From assembly GCA_964016885.1 (NCBI GenBank), contig OZ024753.1:5952001-6016000 (forward strand): a stretch of 64,000 nt of DNA, given 5' to 3'. Source of the stretch: Eledone cirrhosa. Its lineage: Eukaryota. Below are positions 13,697 to 29,858 of the stretch, in pieces. Below the pieces are notes generated by a model. It made no database searches, was not told the DNA's origin, and saw nothing but the letters and a program-made list of their open reading frames with translations. The stretch's first letter is position 1, and each line of letters starts with the position of its first letter. A program made the position numbers and the translations under genes.

Positions 13697-14338
13697 GGCG
13701 GGTAAAATTCCCGAGATGCATGGACGAGTTCTCTCCAGCAGTCTCTGTCCCTCATTATCGCTGCCATGTGCAGCTTCTCCAACAGACCAGTGAGACTTGG
13801 ACACTGACCAAGATATCAGATATGGTGTTGTTATGGAAGTACCAGCAAGTATCTTCACTGCTCTCTTTACTCAGATGTGCATTGAAGTCCCCCAAAACAA
13901 GCAGGATGTTGTGTGCTTGTGTGGTATTGACAGCTCTACACACCTTCTCATTGAACTCTTCCGGACTCACATCACTGTCTCCTTCGGTTGCACTATAGGC
14001 TGAGATGACTGTCAGTCTTGGGTTTCCATTGAAGGTCACCCTCAACACTCGCGGGGAGACAGGCATTATTTCCTTCACCAATAGACTGGTTTTTGCGCTG
14101 AAAACAAAACCCACTCCTCCCACTGTAGCATGTGGTGATGAGCTGGCTCATCTTCCCAAATCATCACAGTCTTCTCGGGCTCATCGTGTAGGATCATGTG
14201 TTCTTGGATCGCAAGTATTTGTATACCACTCTCGTCGAACAGATGTCCCAACTCCTCTCTCTTCTCCAGCTTCCGGATAGTCCTCACGTTCAAAGTGCCC
14301 ATTTTGATGGCTCTTCTGCAGGACAAAACTGCATTCTT
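13697..14338 (-). pseudogene. LINE apurinic-like endonuclease (APE) fragment, RTE/CR1-like, frameshifted
   Basis: GTLNVRT...ILAIQEH...GGVGF...SPRVLRV...ISAYSAT...LVLGDFNAH motifs across two frames. Confidence 0.85.
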
Positions 14339-14410
14339 TATACCACATATAACAGGTCTACATACCTTATCAGCAAAAGTTTGACTCTATCTCTCTCTCT
14401 CTTTCACTGG

Positions 14411-15955
<1,545 letters not shown>

Positions 15956-16256
15956 ATCCAGTGAAAGAGAGAGAGAGAGATAGTCAAACTTTTTCTGATA
16001 AGGTATGTAGACCTGTTATATGTGGTATATTTACTGGTAAGACGAAAATAATTTATGCTGCTGGCAAAGACGTACTTTCACATAATTATCTTATTTAGAG
16101 CTACATTATGGTTGGATTATTTGATTGCTCATTTCTTTTGTACAGATGAAAATACATTAGAGGGTCCGTCTGTACTATTCTTATTTTATAACATCTGCTT
16201 TAAGACTTGACGAATGAATTTTATCCTGCTTATATTGTTATAACATTATTACTGAT

Positions 16257-16327
<71 letters not shown>

Positions 16328-16367
16328 TCTATATATATGTATATATATATATATATATGTCTCTATA

Positions 16368-16416
<49 letters not shown>

Positions 16417-16419
16417 ATA

Positions 16420-16454
<35 letters not shown>

Positions 16455-16463
16455 GTCTCTATA

Positions 16464-16503
<40 letters not shown>

Positions 16504-16588
16504 TCTATATATATGTATATATATATATATATACATGTGTGTATATGTATACGTGAGAGTGTGTCTGCTTTCTATTCTACGCACATTA

Positions 16589-16770
16589 GGGCGGTGAATT
16601 GGCAGTATCGGTAGAGGGTTGGACGCCATGTTTTCTAGCATAGTTACGTCCCTTTACAGTCTGAGTTTAAATCCCGCCGAGGTTAACTTGGCTTTTCATC
16701 CTTACGGGGTCGATAAAATAAAGTAATGTACTGGGTAATTGCTGGCCTTGTGTCTAAAGAAGAACCAATT
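16589..16770 (+). mobile_element. tRNA-derived SINE
   Basis: A-box-like 'tggcagtatcggtaga', B-box-like 'gagtttaaatccc', conserved 'tttcatccttacggggtcgataaaataaagt'. Confidence 0.85.
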
Positions 16771-17805
16771 ATATATTTTCCATCACTCAAAATGAAGGCG
16801 TAGAGTTGCCCTAGTGATATACTACGTTTATCCGACATTTAAACTTGCGAAGCCCATCTGTACTCTGAGTAACGACATTATCATGGCAATTGCTAGAGAT
16901 ACAAAGGCTGAGTCGAGAAGTAGGCCCCGGGCGCTTTGTTCCATCCTTGTCAGCTTTCTGCCAATACAGGCACTTTTCAACAGATAATGTACATTTTACG
17001 ATAATATATATAACTTCAGTGTATCAGCAGAAACACTAAGTGGGAAGCCTTCTTGTAATTGTTCAGGCGTTTGATGTTAAATTCGACAACAACCTATATT
17101 AATATTAAACTGAATACGTCAGCTCTCTCAAAGCGAGTACATGAGTTTTCTGGGTGCGTTAATCAGGATTTAATCTGTTACAAGCACAAGGTTTAAAAAC
17201 AACTTTCCACCTCTTTTCATATTACAAGGCTCCCATGACTTGAAAAGGACATGGGTACTTTCTTACTCAGCAAAACCAGTATCAAACTAACATATATTGA
17301 ACGAGCTAGATGAAAAACAAAAATGATTACAGCGAGATTTCAATTCAAATATAGAGGGACAATAAGCTGATCTGGCATTTTATTGATCCAGCTCTCAGAG
17401 CATTTTTATTATATTAATGATCACTTATAATTTTGGCTCAGGGCCACCATTTAAAGGGAGGCATGTAGTCGACTCAGTCAATCCCATGTCTAGTGGTTAG
17501 TTAATTTATCGAATTCAAAATGATAAAAGTGTAAGTATATGAGTATAGTACAGCATTAATATGATCTATACAATTTGTTTCCTTTGTCTTATATAAATTA
17601 TTACAAATACGCTTTAAAGTAGATCATCAATAACTTCCATATCCCCTTTCATTTTCCTATCTACTGACATCGCATATAAGTATACGTGCACACAATGCAC
17701 TATATACACTTCAAAACTATAGGAAATAGATACGCACACACACACACAAACATGTATGTCTATATATATATATATATATATAAATATGTATATATATATG
17801 TATAT

Positions 17806-17850
<45 letters not shown>

Positions 17851-17854
17851 TATG

Positions 17855-17887
<33 letters not shown>

Positions 17888-18138
17888 GTATGTATATATG
17901 TATGTATATATATATATGTATATACACACGCATATATATATATATATGTGTGTGTATGTATATATATATATGTATATATATATATATGTATATACACACA
18001 CATATATATATATGTGTGTATGTATATATATATATATGTATATATATATATGTATATACACACACATATATATGTGTGTGTATGTATATATATATACATA
18101 CACACACATATATATATATATATATATGTGTGTGTATG

Positions 18139-18174
<36 letters not shown>

Positions 18175-18212
18175 TATACATATACACACATATATACGTA
18201 TATGTATATATG

Positions 18213-18245
<33 letters not shown>

Positions 18246-18520
18246 TTATGCAGTACACGTATATATGTATTCAATCAAATAATATCTGTTTGCTCTCATC
18301 TCCGTATGTCTGTGTAAATATTTTGAAATATGATAAATTGTGGATTAAAAAAAATAAGTTCAAAGAATAAACTTTGAAACAAAGCTACACTGTTTTAAAA
18401 TAACAAGATAGAAACAGCGGGCCATCTGTTGCTTGTTCTGCAATACTTTCTTGATATTAATCTCAAAATTGACATATTGATATACAAGTACATACTTATA
18501 TATATATATAAGTACATACT

Positions 18521-18590
<70 letters not shown>

Positions 18591-18703
18591 GAGGTTATAT
18601 TTAATTTGTTGGGATTCAACAAGCTTAAACATTTTTATAATTGATATAAAGCACTCAACAAGTTAGTGGAGTAAATATTCAATATATTAATAAATGTAAA
18701 CTA

Positions 18704-19022
18704 TATTTATAAAACCATAATTATTTTATTATATATATTTCAAGGGCAACCATGGCAAATTATAGCGCCCTTTCATCAGATAAAATACAGATTTGTTTTA
18801 TAAATAAATATTGACGTACCCAGAAAAAAGACTGCTTTAACGGCTGAAGCTTCCTGGCTAGTCTATCCAGGAAGCTTCAACCGTAAAGGTTGTCTTTTTT
18901 CTGGGTATGTCAATATTTATTTATAAAACAAATCTGTATTTTATTTGATGAAAGCGCACCATAATTTGTCATGGTTGCCCTTGAAATATATATAATAAAA
19001 TAATTATGGTTTTATAAATATA
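18704..19022. mobile_element. Fold-back element (~155 bp arms) with a hammerhead on each arm
   Basis: Inverted repeat with apex ~18862 (gaagcttcctgg...ccaggaagcttc). Confidence 0.75.
18722..18787 (-). ncRNA. Type I hammerhead ribozyme, canonical core
   Basis: UAUUUUAU-CUGAUGA-AAGGGC...GCCCUU-GAAA-UAUAUA-UA^-AUAAAAUA: 8 bp stem I, 6 bp stem II, palindromic stem III. The plus-arm copy (18937-19002) has an uncompensated C3U. Confidence 0.8.
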
Positions 19023-19068
19023 TTATATATACAATATATTAATATATTGTAAACTATATGTATGTATG

Positions 19069-19242
19069 TAAAAGGTAAACAGAAATAACAACACAATCGG
19101 TACAGTATATGGAAGGGTTATATTAGGTAACGCTTGATATAGCAGGAAGCGGGTATTAACGTTTCGGACGCTAGTCCTTCATCAGAAGAAAGAATTAGAA
19201 ATAAGATAGATTGAGGGGACGGGCGGGATGGAATTGGAAAAC
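19069..19242 (-). mobile_element. Penelope-like terminal repeat family (other copies 40579-40735 -, 44405-44560 +, 62132-62234 +, 63495-63654 +)
   Basis: Shared 'ccatatactgtaccgattgtgttgttatttctgtttacctttt' tail abutting microsatellite; contains a minimal hammerhead. Confidence 0.75.
19154..19189 (-). ncRNA. Ultra-minimal hammerhead ribozyme
   Basis: UCUU-CUGAUGA-A-GGAC(UAGC)GUCC-GAAAC-GUU^-AAUA (AAGA in copies 44438-44473 and 63532-63567). Stem III is only ACGU with no loop. Confidence 0.75.
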
Positions 19243-19377
19243 AAAATATATATATATAACTTCAGTGTGTCAGCAGAAACACATATGTATATATTGTATA
19301 ATCATATAACACTTATGTATATATTATATATTATATATGTATATATGTATATATTATATATGTATATATTATATATG

Positions 19378-19414
<37 letters not shown>

Positions 19415-19415
<1 letters not shown>

Positions 19416-19599
19416 GGAACGAGTATGACCCCGACGGCTGAGCTCAAGCAGTTTCGACGGAGTCCAGAATTAGCCGTCGAAACGGCTTGAGCTCAGCCGT
19501 CGGGGTCCTACTCGTTTCTATTACCCACTTTACTACCCTAAGTATTGAGTACTTTGGTGGGTTATGGTCCACTTGGTTCCTTACCACATTTCCTTCGTT
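19415..19599 (+). mobile_element. Fold-back truncated copy of the 59111/61607 hammerhead family
   Basis: Inverted 'gaccccgacggctgagctcaagc..tttcgacgg' / 'ccgtcgaaacggcttgagctcagccgtcggggtc'; tail shared with 59161-59300. Confidence 0.75.
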
Positions 19600-19614
19600 A
19601 TATATATATATATT

Positions 19615-19651
<37 letters not shown>

Positions 19652-19989
19652 GTATATATGCACGCATGTATGCATACGCAGTAAATTCGGGATGTATTAG
19701 CGCATGCGTGTGGATCTATGCGTAGTGGGGTACATATTCCTCGGTAGTTGTAAACTAAGAAAGTTTGGCTCAACACACCGCGTTGATTGTTCATAGTGTT
19801 TAGAGACAAGGACATGATTACTAGACATTCCCATTTCTCCTATTTTTTTCCTATTAAAATTAATATGCCTTCACTTTCAATAAAATGGTAGGAAATCAAC
19901 AATGTACTTAGACATACTTAGACAACTATGTCCGATCACACGCATAAGCGCGCACACCCGCGCACACAAGTACGTGTATATATTCATAC

Positions 19990-20034
<45 letters not shown>

Positions 20035-20170
20035 TATATATATATATTCATATTTATATATATATATATGCTTTTTTGTGCGTGTCTATATACATTATAC
20101 ATATATATATATATATAGATATATATATGTATATATGTATACACATATATTTGCATATATATGCAAACGC

Positions 20171-20212
<42 letters not shown>

Positions 20213-20616
20213 CGTATATATGGCTGCATTTATGTATCTATGTTTTCTATATAATTCATATATTGATTTATCTGACAGCTATAACCCTCCAGGCATCAGA
20301 GAGTAAAATAAAATGAAAAAAAAATAGAATATAATCTGCGTCTAACGACAATTTTAAACCAATTTAATGTAAAGAAGAAAATCGAATTTGAATTCAACCG
20401 CACTAATCGATGTCTAATATCTAAGTGTCATTAAAGGGTCGAAACATTATTAACTATAGCATTGTTAAATATTAAATTGGAGGTAATCATGCATTCTAAC
20501 GATTGCTACCGTTGTGGCGATATCGTTAACGAAATAACAGTGCTTGAAGTGCTGGCTCCACACACACACACACACACATACACACACACGCATATATATA
20601 TATATATATATATACA

Positions 20617-20881
<265 letters not shown>

Positions 20882-20929
20882 CATATATATATATACATAT
20901 ATATATATACAGTATATATATATATATAT

Positions 20930-20960
<31 letters not shown>

Positions 20961-21109
20961 CACATATATATATATATATATATTCAGTTATTAGGAGTAT
21001 TCAAAAGCTTGGAAGAACAAGTTGTGAGGAAAGTTCTCAACATATGTTAAGGTGACTCGACAGGTTGGTAGGGATTCTGTGGTGGAAACACGAACAAACG
21101 AGGAGTGTA

Positions 21110-21233
21110 ATCAAAGAAGAGAAATAGGACGAAGGTAAACAGTTACAAAAGGATTTAATCCACGTATTAACAATTGTTTCATCGTGGATTAAATTCTTTT
21201 GTAACTGTTTACCTTCGTCCTATTTCTCTTCTT

Positions 21234-21237
<4 letters not shown>
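21110..21237. repeat. Fold-back inverted repeat (~57 bp arms) with hammerhead half-site at the apex
   Basis: atcaaagaagagaaataggacgaaggtaaacagttacaaaa...ttttgtaactgtttaccttcgtcctatttctcttctttgat. The apex read on the minus strand gives GAAAC-AAUU-GUU. Confidence 0.7.
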
Positions 21238-21288
<51 letters not shown>

Positions 21289-21307
21289 TATATATATATA
21301 TATACAT

Positions 21308-21338
<31 letters not shown>

Positions 21339-21341
21339 CAT

Positions 21342-21392
<51 letters not shown>

Positions 21393-21395
<3 letters not shown>

Positions 21396-23720
21396 TTGAT
21401 AGTAGACATGTGTTACTTCGGCTGCAGCCTTTTTGGATTTGTATTACGTTTTTGACTGTGAGTTTGTTTTTCATTTGTTTTATTTGTGTGACCTAAACTC
21501 CCGCCTCGACTTGCAGACAGGTGGTTATTTTATTTTTACCCCTTTTTGGGGGTAAAATTACTTTGAAAAATGTGTATACCAACTTACAATAATGGACACC
21601 ATACATGAAAACACCACTGACACGCCCCCAGGGAAAGTGATAAAGAGGAACAAGTAACTCAACCTACTGAAGCTGCCCTTCTCTCGCTTTCGCATGCGAG
21701 TATGGAAGTGGATTTGGCGAACAATTGTAAAAACTTGGGTAATAACCCAGACAACGGAAACAGTAAATTAAAAGAATGTATAAATTACACTGACACCAAC
21801 AACACCAACACAAATAACAAAGAAAATAACACAAACACACACAAAAGCGAAAACAGCAGCAACAATGACAAAGAAAACAACATAAATGTGAACTCAAAAC
21901 CCGAAAAAAATGGGTGAAAACCCAAAAAACTGTACCGCAAACAACCACCAAAACGCAAACGCCCCAAAAAACAAGAACAGCAGCAACGAAACACACAAAA
22001 AAGACCCCACTACACGAATATCCTTTGCCCAGGTCGTCGTTAAGGAGACCGACACTTTCACCCCAGTTGACATCGGTAATGCAGCGGAATTGCTAAAACA
22101 GGTGAGCTTTGGTGAAAACGGTGAATTCACCATAATCTCCCCCAAGGATATTAAGAGACACGGTCCTAAGGACAATTAATTTTATAACTATATCAAATGC
22201 GTCGAAAAAACCAGCTCAATTATCGCATAGCGAAATTGAGCTGGTGTTAAAAGACGTTGAAGGACATGATTTTTATTGAGAGAGGGAAGTTATATGGGAG
22301 TCTGATAATGTTGATGAAGGACCAATTGGTGGCCCCAAAATACTCGGTGACGCCAATTGTCTCCAAACAGTACACTTTCTTCCCCACCTACATGGGGAAG
22401 AAAACTAAAAAAATAACAACTCCGGTATACCACCAAATACAAATATGTGGTGGATAATAGGAGGGATACTGGACGACGAAGATGAACTCCTTGATATAGG
22501 CAAAGCCACCAGGGGCCACTTTGGCGTTATAGGCATACAAGTTCTGGTCCGAATGAAACCAGAACGTATCGCAAAGATACCCCAAAGAGTGTCCTTGAAA
22601 GGCTCCCATTTTATGAACATTGCAGTTGAGGGTAGGCGGCTCGCTTGCTACCTATGTGGAGGCAGGTGTCATCTGAGGGCTGCCTGTCCTCAACAAGCTA
22701 AACAACATTTACTGCCAACACCTCCAAAAACAACACCACCACCACCACCACAGCAACAACAAACACAAGTAAAAAAAAAAAACCGAACACGGACCCACCC
22801 AACCCCTCCACACCCAAAACAACTCCACAAACAAAATACAATCACCCCCCCCCCCCCCAACAACAAACACAAGTCAACAAAAAACTGAACACGGTCCCAC
22901 CCAACCCCTCCCCACCTAAAGCAACTTCAACAACATACATAACAAAACCCCAAAATATAGCCCTCCCCTCCAACATGGAAGAGGATCCCTTAACGTCAGA
23001 AACGGGGGGGGGGGGGGGGGAACCCCTTCCAAAAAATAAAGCGAAAAAAAAGAAAACACACCGCACCCACACAAAGGAAAATAACCCCTCCCCAAAACAA
23101 AACACAAAAAAATACAGAACAATAAACAACAAAAATTACACACACAGCTATACACATACTTCAACACAAAAAATATAAAACTTGTAAACAAAATTGAACA
23201 AAACCCTTCGGTGCAAACCGAAGGGCCAAATTTCACGAGGGACACAGAGAGCCCCTCTTTAAAAATGATTAAAACTCCTGTGTAAAACCAATGAACCGCG
23301 TCCTCTTGAACAATTTCCCCACCCCCATCACAGACACCCACACCACACCAAACGCCCAACCCCACCGCACTTTGATGTCCCCACCCCACCCAACAACCCC
23401 TCCCTCACCTCCATGGAAGTTGTGCAGCCCGGTCTCCGGGACGTAAGGAGGTAGGTGCATTTCTTTTCTCCCCCTTCGCCGCCAACATGGCTGTATTGAG
23501 AGTAGGATGTTTGAATGCGCGTGGCCTCAGCTCACCTTGGAAGCAGGCAAAACTTCTAAATGACCTCAGGTCGCGCAGTATAAATGTCATGGTTATTTGC
23601 GAGTCCAGGGTCAGCAGCGAACGCCAGCTAGCCCCCACCTTTAACGACTTTGAGATCTATGCATCTCTCTGTCAGCCAGGAGGTGGGGTGGGGTTGTTGT
23701 TCTGCTGCAAAAACACCTGG

Positions 23721-23724
<4 letters not shown>
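21393..23724 (+). mobile_element. Tx1/L1-clade LINE, 5' portion: decayed ORF1 plus ORF2 APE N-terminus
   Basis: ORF1 pieces with SFAQVV and zinc knuckle CYLCGGRCHLRAAC (CX2CX4HX4C); ORF2 starts MAVLRVGCLNARGLSSPWKQAKLL...VICES; bounded by (TA)n on both sides. Confidence 0.8.
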
Positions 23725-23788
<64 letters not shown>

Positions 23789-24621
23789 CTTGTGTGTGTG
23801 TTTGATTGTATGTCTCTGTTTTTGACCCCATTTACTGTGATTTGCCGTTGGAAAATTATAGTAGAATTACATGTCATGTGCTTCAATATACACTTGCTCT
23901 AATGTGTATTTCCTTACGTTTCTATAACATTATCTACGTATATAAACCTAATACATTGTTCAGCTTTAAAATCCTCACATCATAAGTCATATTACTTTCT
24001 ACGAGATAAGCTACTCATGTTCCTTTAGTAAACTTTTTTTTTTATCACTTACTACACTATATTTACAAACCAGCCTTCTAATTTACGATTACAGAGAGGA
24101 CATTCATTTTACTACTAGTTTTGCTTATACATTGCCGCTAAAAGAGATTTGCAGTTACACTCAATGTGGATATTCATCCATTATTCTTGGTCATCTGCTG
24201 TCTCCTGGCCACTTAAAATTTCCAAAAATCATTATATCTATTTGGCACTAACGAATCATCTGAATTCACCTCACATTTATCTGCTACGAAGAACCCTTCG
24301 TAGGTATAATTTTTGTTAAATGTTTTCCATTAGGAGATAGTGTGTGAGCTACGATTACACGAGCAACGAAGGTCCGCACATCATATACGCAATAAATCCT
24401 TAACATCTGTGTACTGATCATGGTTTTGGATTTAGATACAAGTCCAACAATGTTAGGGGAGCGAAAAGTCGATGAAATCAATTTCAGTGCATGAATGGTA
24501 CTGTCGGCAGCGCAAGAAGGAAAAGCAAAGATAACTCCGGCGATATTTATACTCAGAACGTAAACATGTTACCCTACACTCTACCGGGTACTGTCAATCC
24601 ACTGCCCTTCATTTTTGTAAT

Positions 24622-24810
24622 AATTGTTTCTACTTTAGGCACAAGGCCAGTAATTACCCCAGTGCATTACTGGTACTTTATTTTATCGACGCCGTAAGGA
24701 TGAAAGGCAAAGTCAACCTCGGCGGGATTTGAACTCAGATCGTAAAGGGACGTAACTATGCTCGAAAGCATGGCGTCCGACACTCTACCGATACTGCCAA
24801 TCCACCGCCC
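24622..24810 (-). mobile_element. tRNA-derived SINE, near full length
   Basis: Reverse complement of the 50161 copy. Confidence 0.88.
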
Positions 24811-24832
24811 TTTTTATAATGACTGTAATATA

Positions 24833-25030
24833 TTCTTCTTGTCGTGTCCACAAGAGTGTCAGTTACAAAGCTTGGTTAGATGTGGTTCTGCCACAGCTGA
24901 ATACATTGCTGTCCTTTCTCAGTAAACTCTGCCAAGTCCAATGCTGTGCAGGGGTGTTCCAGCAGGGGGCATATCAGGAGGTGCTGCGTAGTCTGTGGTT
25001 CGATGCCGCAGTCGCACACTGCAAAGAGTG
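24833..25030 (-). mobile_element. RTE-X-like LINE 3' end, second shorter copy at 25111-25232
   Basis: Minus strand [47 protein letters not shown], then tail ggacacgacaagaagaa. Confidence 0.7.
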
Positions 25031-25232
25031 ACTTTTGCAGTGCAGTACAGTTGTTAGTATTAGTAGCTATCAGACATAGTGTATCTACGACTACATTATC
25101 TAATGTACAGTTCTTCTTCTTGTCGTGTCCACAAGAGTGTCAGTTACAAAGTTTGGCTAGATGTGGTTCCGCCACAGCTGAATACATTGCTGTCCTTTCT
25201 CATTAAACTCTGCCAAATCCTATGCCAAGTCC

Positions 25233-26378
<1,146 letters not shown>

Positions 26379-26380
26379 AA

Positions 26381-26579
26381 AAGGAACGATCGACTTTCGT
26401 CAAATCGGACCGAGGGAACAATGTTTCCGTTGGTCTTTCCAATTGCTAATACTATCTATCGGTCGCAACTCCAGGTAGAAGGAGCAACGTTAAATAAAGT
26501 GTCTTGCTCAAGGACAAAAAGCATCGCCTGGTCCAGGAATCGAACTCACAACTCTAACCACTCCGTCACACGCCTTCAC
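26381..26579 (-). mobile_element. tRNA-derived CORE-type SINE
   Basis: Minus strand: 'gtgacggagtggttagag' (A box), 'gagttcgattcc' (B box), 'tgtccttgagcaagacacttta' resembling the CORE domain. Confidence 0.7.
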
Positions 26580-26758
26580 TATATATATATATATATGTAT
26601 ATATATCTCTCTATATATATATAGAGAGAGATATATATAGATATATATATATCTATAGATATATATATATATAGAGATAGATAGATAGATATATATATAT
26701 CTATAGATATATATATATAGAGAGATAGATAGATAGATATATATATAGAGATAGATAG

Positions 26759-26831
<73 letters not shown>

Positions 26832-27305
26832 TAGATAGATATACACGTGTTTATGTGTGCGTATCTGTTTCTATGTGCATACATACATCTAGAATGCGCA
26901 CACATATACCTACACACATCACAAACAATCATATATATATGTATATACACAATATATATATGTATATACACAACACCTTATTGAGTAATTCATTAAGTCA
27001 TAAATATACAGAGAATATGATGAGAGTTGATAAATAAATAAAGGCAAATGTTGGCAAAACAAGGTTTAATATTCATATTGATTACTGTTATTCGATTATG
27101 ATCTTCATTAGTATTACAGGAAGTGTATGGAACGAAATAAAGGTGTTATCATTCGTATCTGTGCAAACATCTTTACATATTAGGAAAAATATCTGCAATG
27201 AAACACATAAATATAAACCAATTCTACGCCTTTCATCGTGTCTTCATAAATCCACTCTATTGTTACCTGATACGAGTTATGTAAATATATCGATATATAT
27301 ATATT

Positions 27306-27343
<38 letters not shown>

Positions 27344-27683
27344 AATATGATTAGGTGTATTTGATACAGAAACATCTGCACACACGTCGCACATATAGAA
27401 GTACAACCATACACAGGTACACTTACGCGAACACCATAATCTCTCTCTCTCTATATATATATTTATCAATCTATCTATCTATCTATCTATCTACCTACCT
27501 ATCTATTATAAATTTTATTCTGTTATATTTTATTTTATTTTTATATTTTTTTATTGCCTCCTCCTTATTGAGGACGCCTTGTTTTGTAAACTCCCCCCAT
27601 TGTACTTGTCCCACTTTTGATGCCCTGGTGGCAAATAAAAGAAACATATCTATCTATCTATCTATCTATCAATTTTATTATAG

Positions 27684-27722
<39 letters not shown>

Positions 27723-28027
27723 TTTTATTATGGAAATGACTTTTGCAGGACTAGCACTATTTCATTTTCAACTGGTAATTAGTATTTTTCTTATTGGCCA
27801 AAATCGCGGTATAATTATGAAATTGGATTTCTTAATTGCATTTACTTCTATGATGTGTTTTGCTCAATATACGTATTATTGTACATTAATAATTATATAT
27901 ATATATATATATATATTGTAATATTTGGGGAGGGTCATATTGTTATAATATCAAAAACCTCGCAAAACGAATATATATATATACATGTATATATATATAT
28001 GTATATATGTATATGTATATATATATA

Positions 28028-28216
28028 TAACGAAAGAAATGTGGTAAGGAACAAGATGGACCATAACGCACCAAAGTACTCACTACTTAGGGTAGTAGAG
28101 TGGGTAATAGGAACAAGTAGGACCCCCGACGGCTGAGCTCAAGCCGTTTCGACGGCTAATTCTGAACTGAATTAGCCGTCGAAACGACTTGAGCTCAGCC
28201 GTCGGGGTCCTATTTG

Positions 28217-28219
<3 letters not shown>
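28028..28219 (-). mobile_element. Fold-back truncated copy of the 59111/61607 hammerhead family (3' tail also at 31967-32021)
   Basis: Reverse complement of the 59161-59300 tail with a hairpin centred ~28167. Confidence 0.75.
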
Positions 28220-28257
<38 letters not shown>

Positions 28258-28841
28258 ATGTGTATATGCACGTTGATAAATCCATGTACTTAATCATACA
28301 TATAAAATCATGTGTTTATATAGATATTTATGTAAGTTTGTTTTTCTAAGAATTGATATTTATATTTCCCAATATAATGAAAGTCTTACATTTACATTAG
28401 AATGATGTTTGTTAATTATATCGTAATTACTGAAAGTTTGTAATAATTGAAACAATATTTGTTTTCTAGATTTTGTCTTAGTCAGTTTCGTCTGCAGCAG
28501 GCGTTTGCTTTCTTTCGCATTATGAATTTACTTTCATAATATTAGTGATCAATAACGGGAAACATTTAAAATATATTGTATAGTATATTGATTACCATGA
28601 ACAAACACGTATTACTTATTAATCTAGTAATGATTCTGACATTTGGGGCGATGTTTATCACGATACTGATGCTGATGAAAGAGATTACATTGTGATGTTA
28701 GTAGCAGTGGTATTAAAGAACAATGATGATGGATCTAATGATGGTGGTTCTAATTTGAATATGCTTTACTGATGCTTATTGTCTACATTCTCTCTATCTC
28801 TCTCTATATATATACATATAAATATATATATATATATATAT

Positions 28842-28936
<95 letters not shown>

Positions 28937-29404
28937 ATATATTTGGTGTCAATTCATCATTCACACCAGACAGTATACCATGCAGCTTTTCCAGAATCTC
29001 GTTCTTTTTTAGCATCCAGATCATGATCAACATTCCTTGTCACTCGTCCAGCTACACCCTCAGTTTGTATTTATTTCATCAACATTGACAGGCACAAACT
29101 TATTTTCTTCATTTCCTACATCTTCATTTCCATATTTTACAACTTCACTTCTGTTCGTTTTCTATCATTCCCTGATTTTCCTCAATTTCTTCTTTTATAC
29201 CCAATTATTCGTACGAATTGGCCTTGCCTGATGTATCGATCTTTCGGTCCATGACTTCTTCAACACATATCCTCCTCGTATTATTTTATGAAAAACTTTT
29301 CTTCAGCTACGGTATCAACTATCATTCAATCACAGTCTTGTTTACTTCTATATCTCATTTCATTTATATTCCAATATTAATGGATCCTGATTAGTAGATT
29401 CATA

Positions 29405-29630
29405 ACGATATACCAGAGGTTGATCGCAGACTTCATATTTGGCATGTGAGACAACTGAGTAACGATATCTCAGAGGTTGATCGCAGGCTTCATATCTGGC
29501 ATATGAGACAACTTGTTAACGGCATCTCAGAGGGGGCGGGTGTCCCAGACTTCATAGCTGGCATGTGAGACAACTTGTAAACGATATCTCAGAGGTTGGC
29601 CCAAGACTCCATGCCTAGCATGTGCGACTT
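29405..29630. repeat. Tandem repeat, ~4 units of ~57-62 bp
   Basis: Repeated 'aacgatatctcagaggttgatcgcagacttcatat-tggcatgtgagacaact'. Confidence 0.8.
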
Positions 29631-29759
29631 CACTATTGACAGTGGCGCCTCCATTAAAGCAGTTAATATGGAGATTTGAACTTGATATTTTCATGCATGT
29701 TGAAGTAACATTTATAAGGTTATGCTTTCTTCCGAGTTTTTCTCTTGACACCATAACAG

Positions 29760-29858
29760 TCCTCCTCCTTCTTCTTCGTCTTCGTCTTCGTCTTCTTCTT
29801 CTTCGTCTCTTCTTCTTCGTCTTTTTCTTCGTCTTCGTTTTCGTCTTCGTCTTCGTCT
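29760..29858. repeat. (CTT/CTTCGT)n microsatellite
   Basis: Direct reading. Confidence 0.9.

Noticed and set aside
15995-16030. Hammerhead at CUGAUAA-GGU..ACC
   Set aside because: No GAAA follows the hairpin, and C3/A8 is uncompensated.
29405-29630. CRISPR array
   Set aside because: No unique spacers, eukaryotic context, no cas genes.
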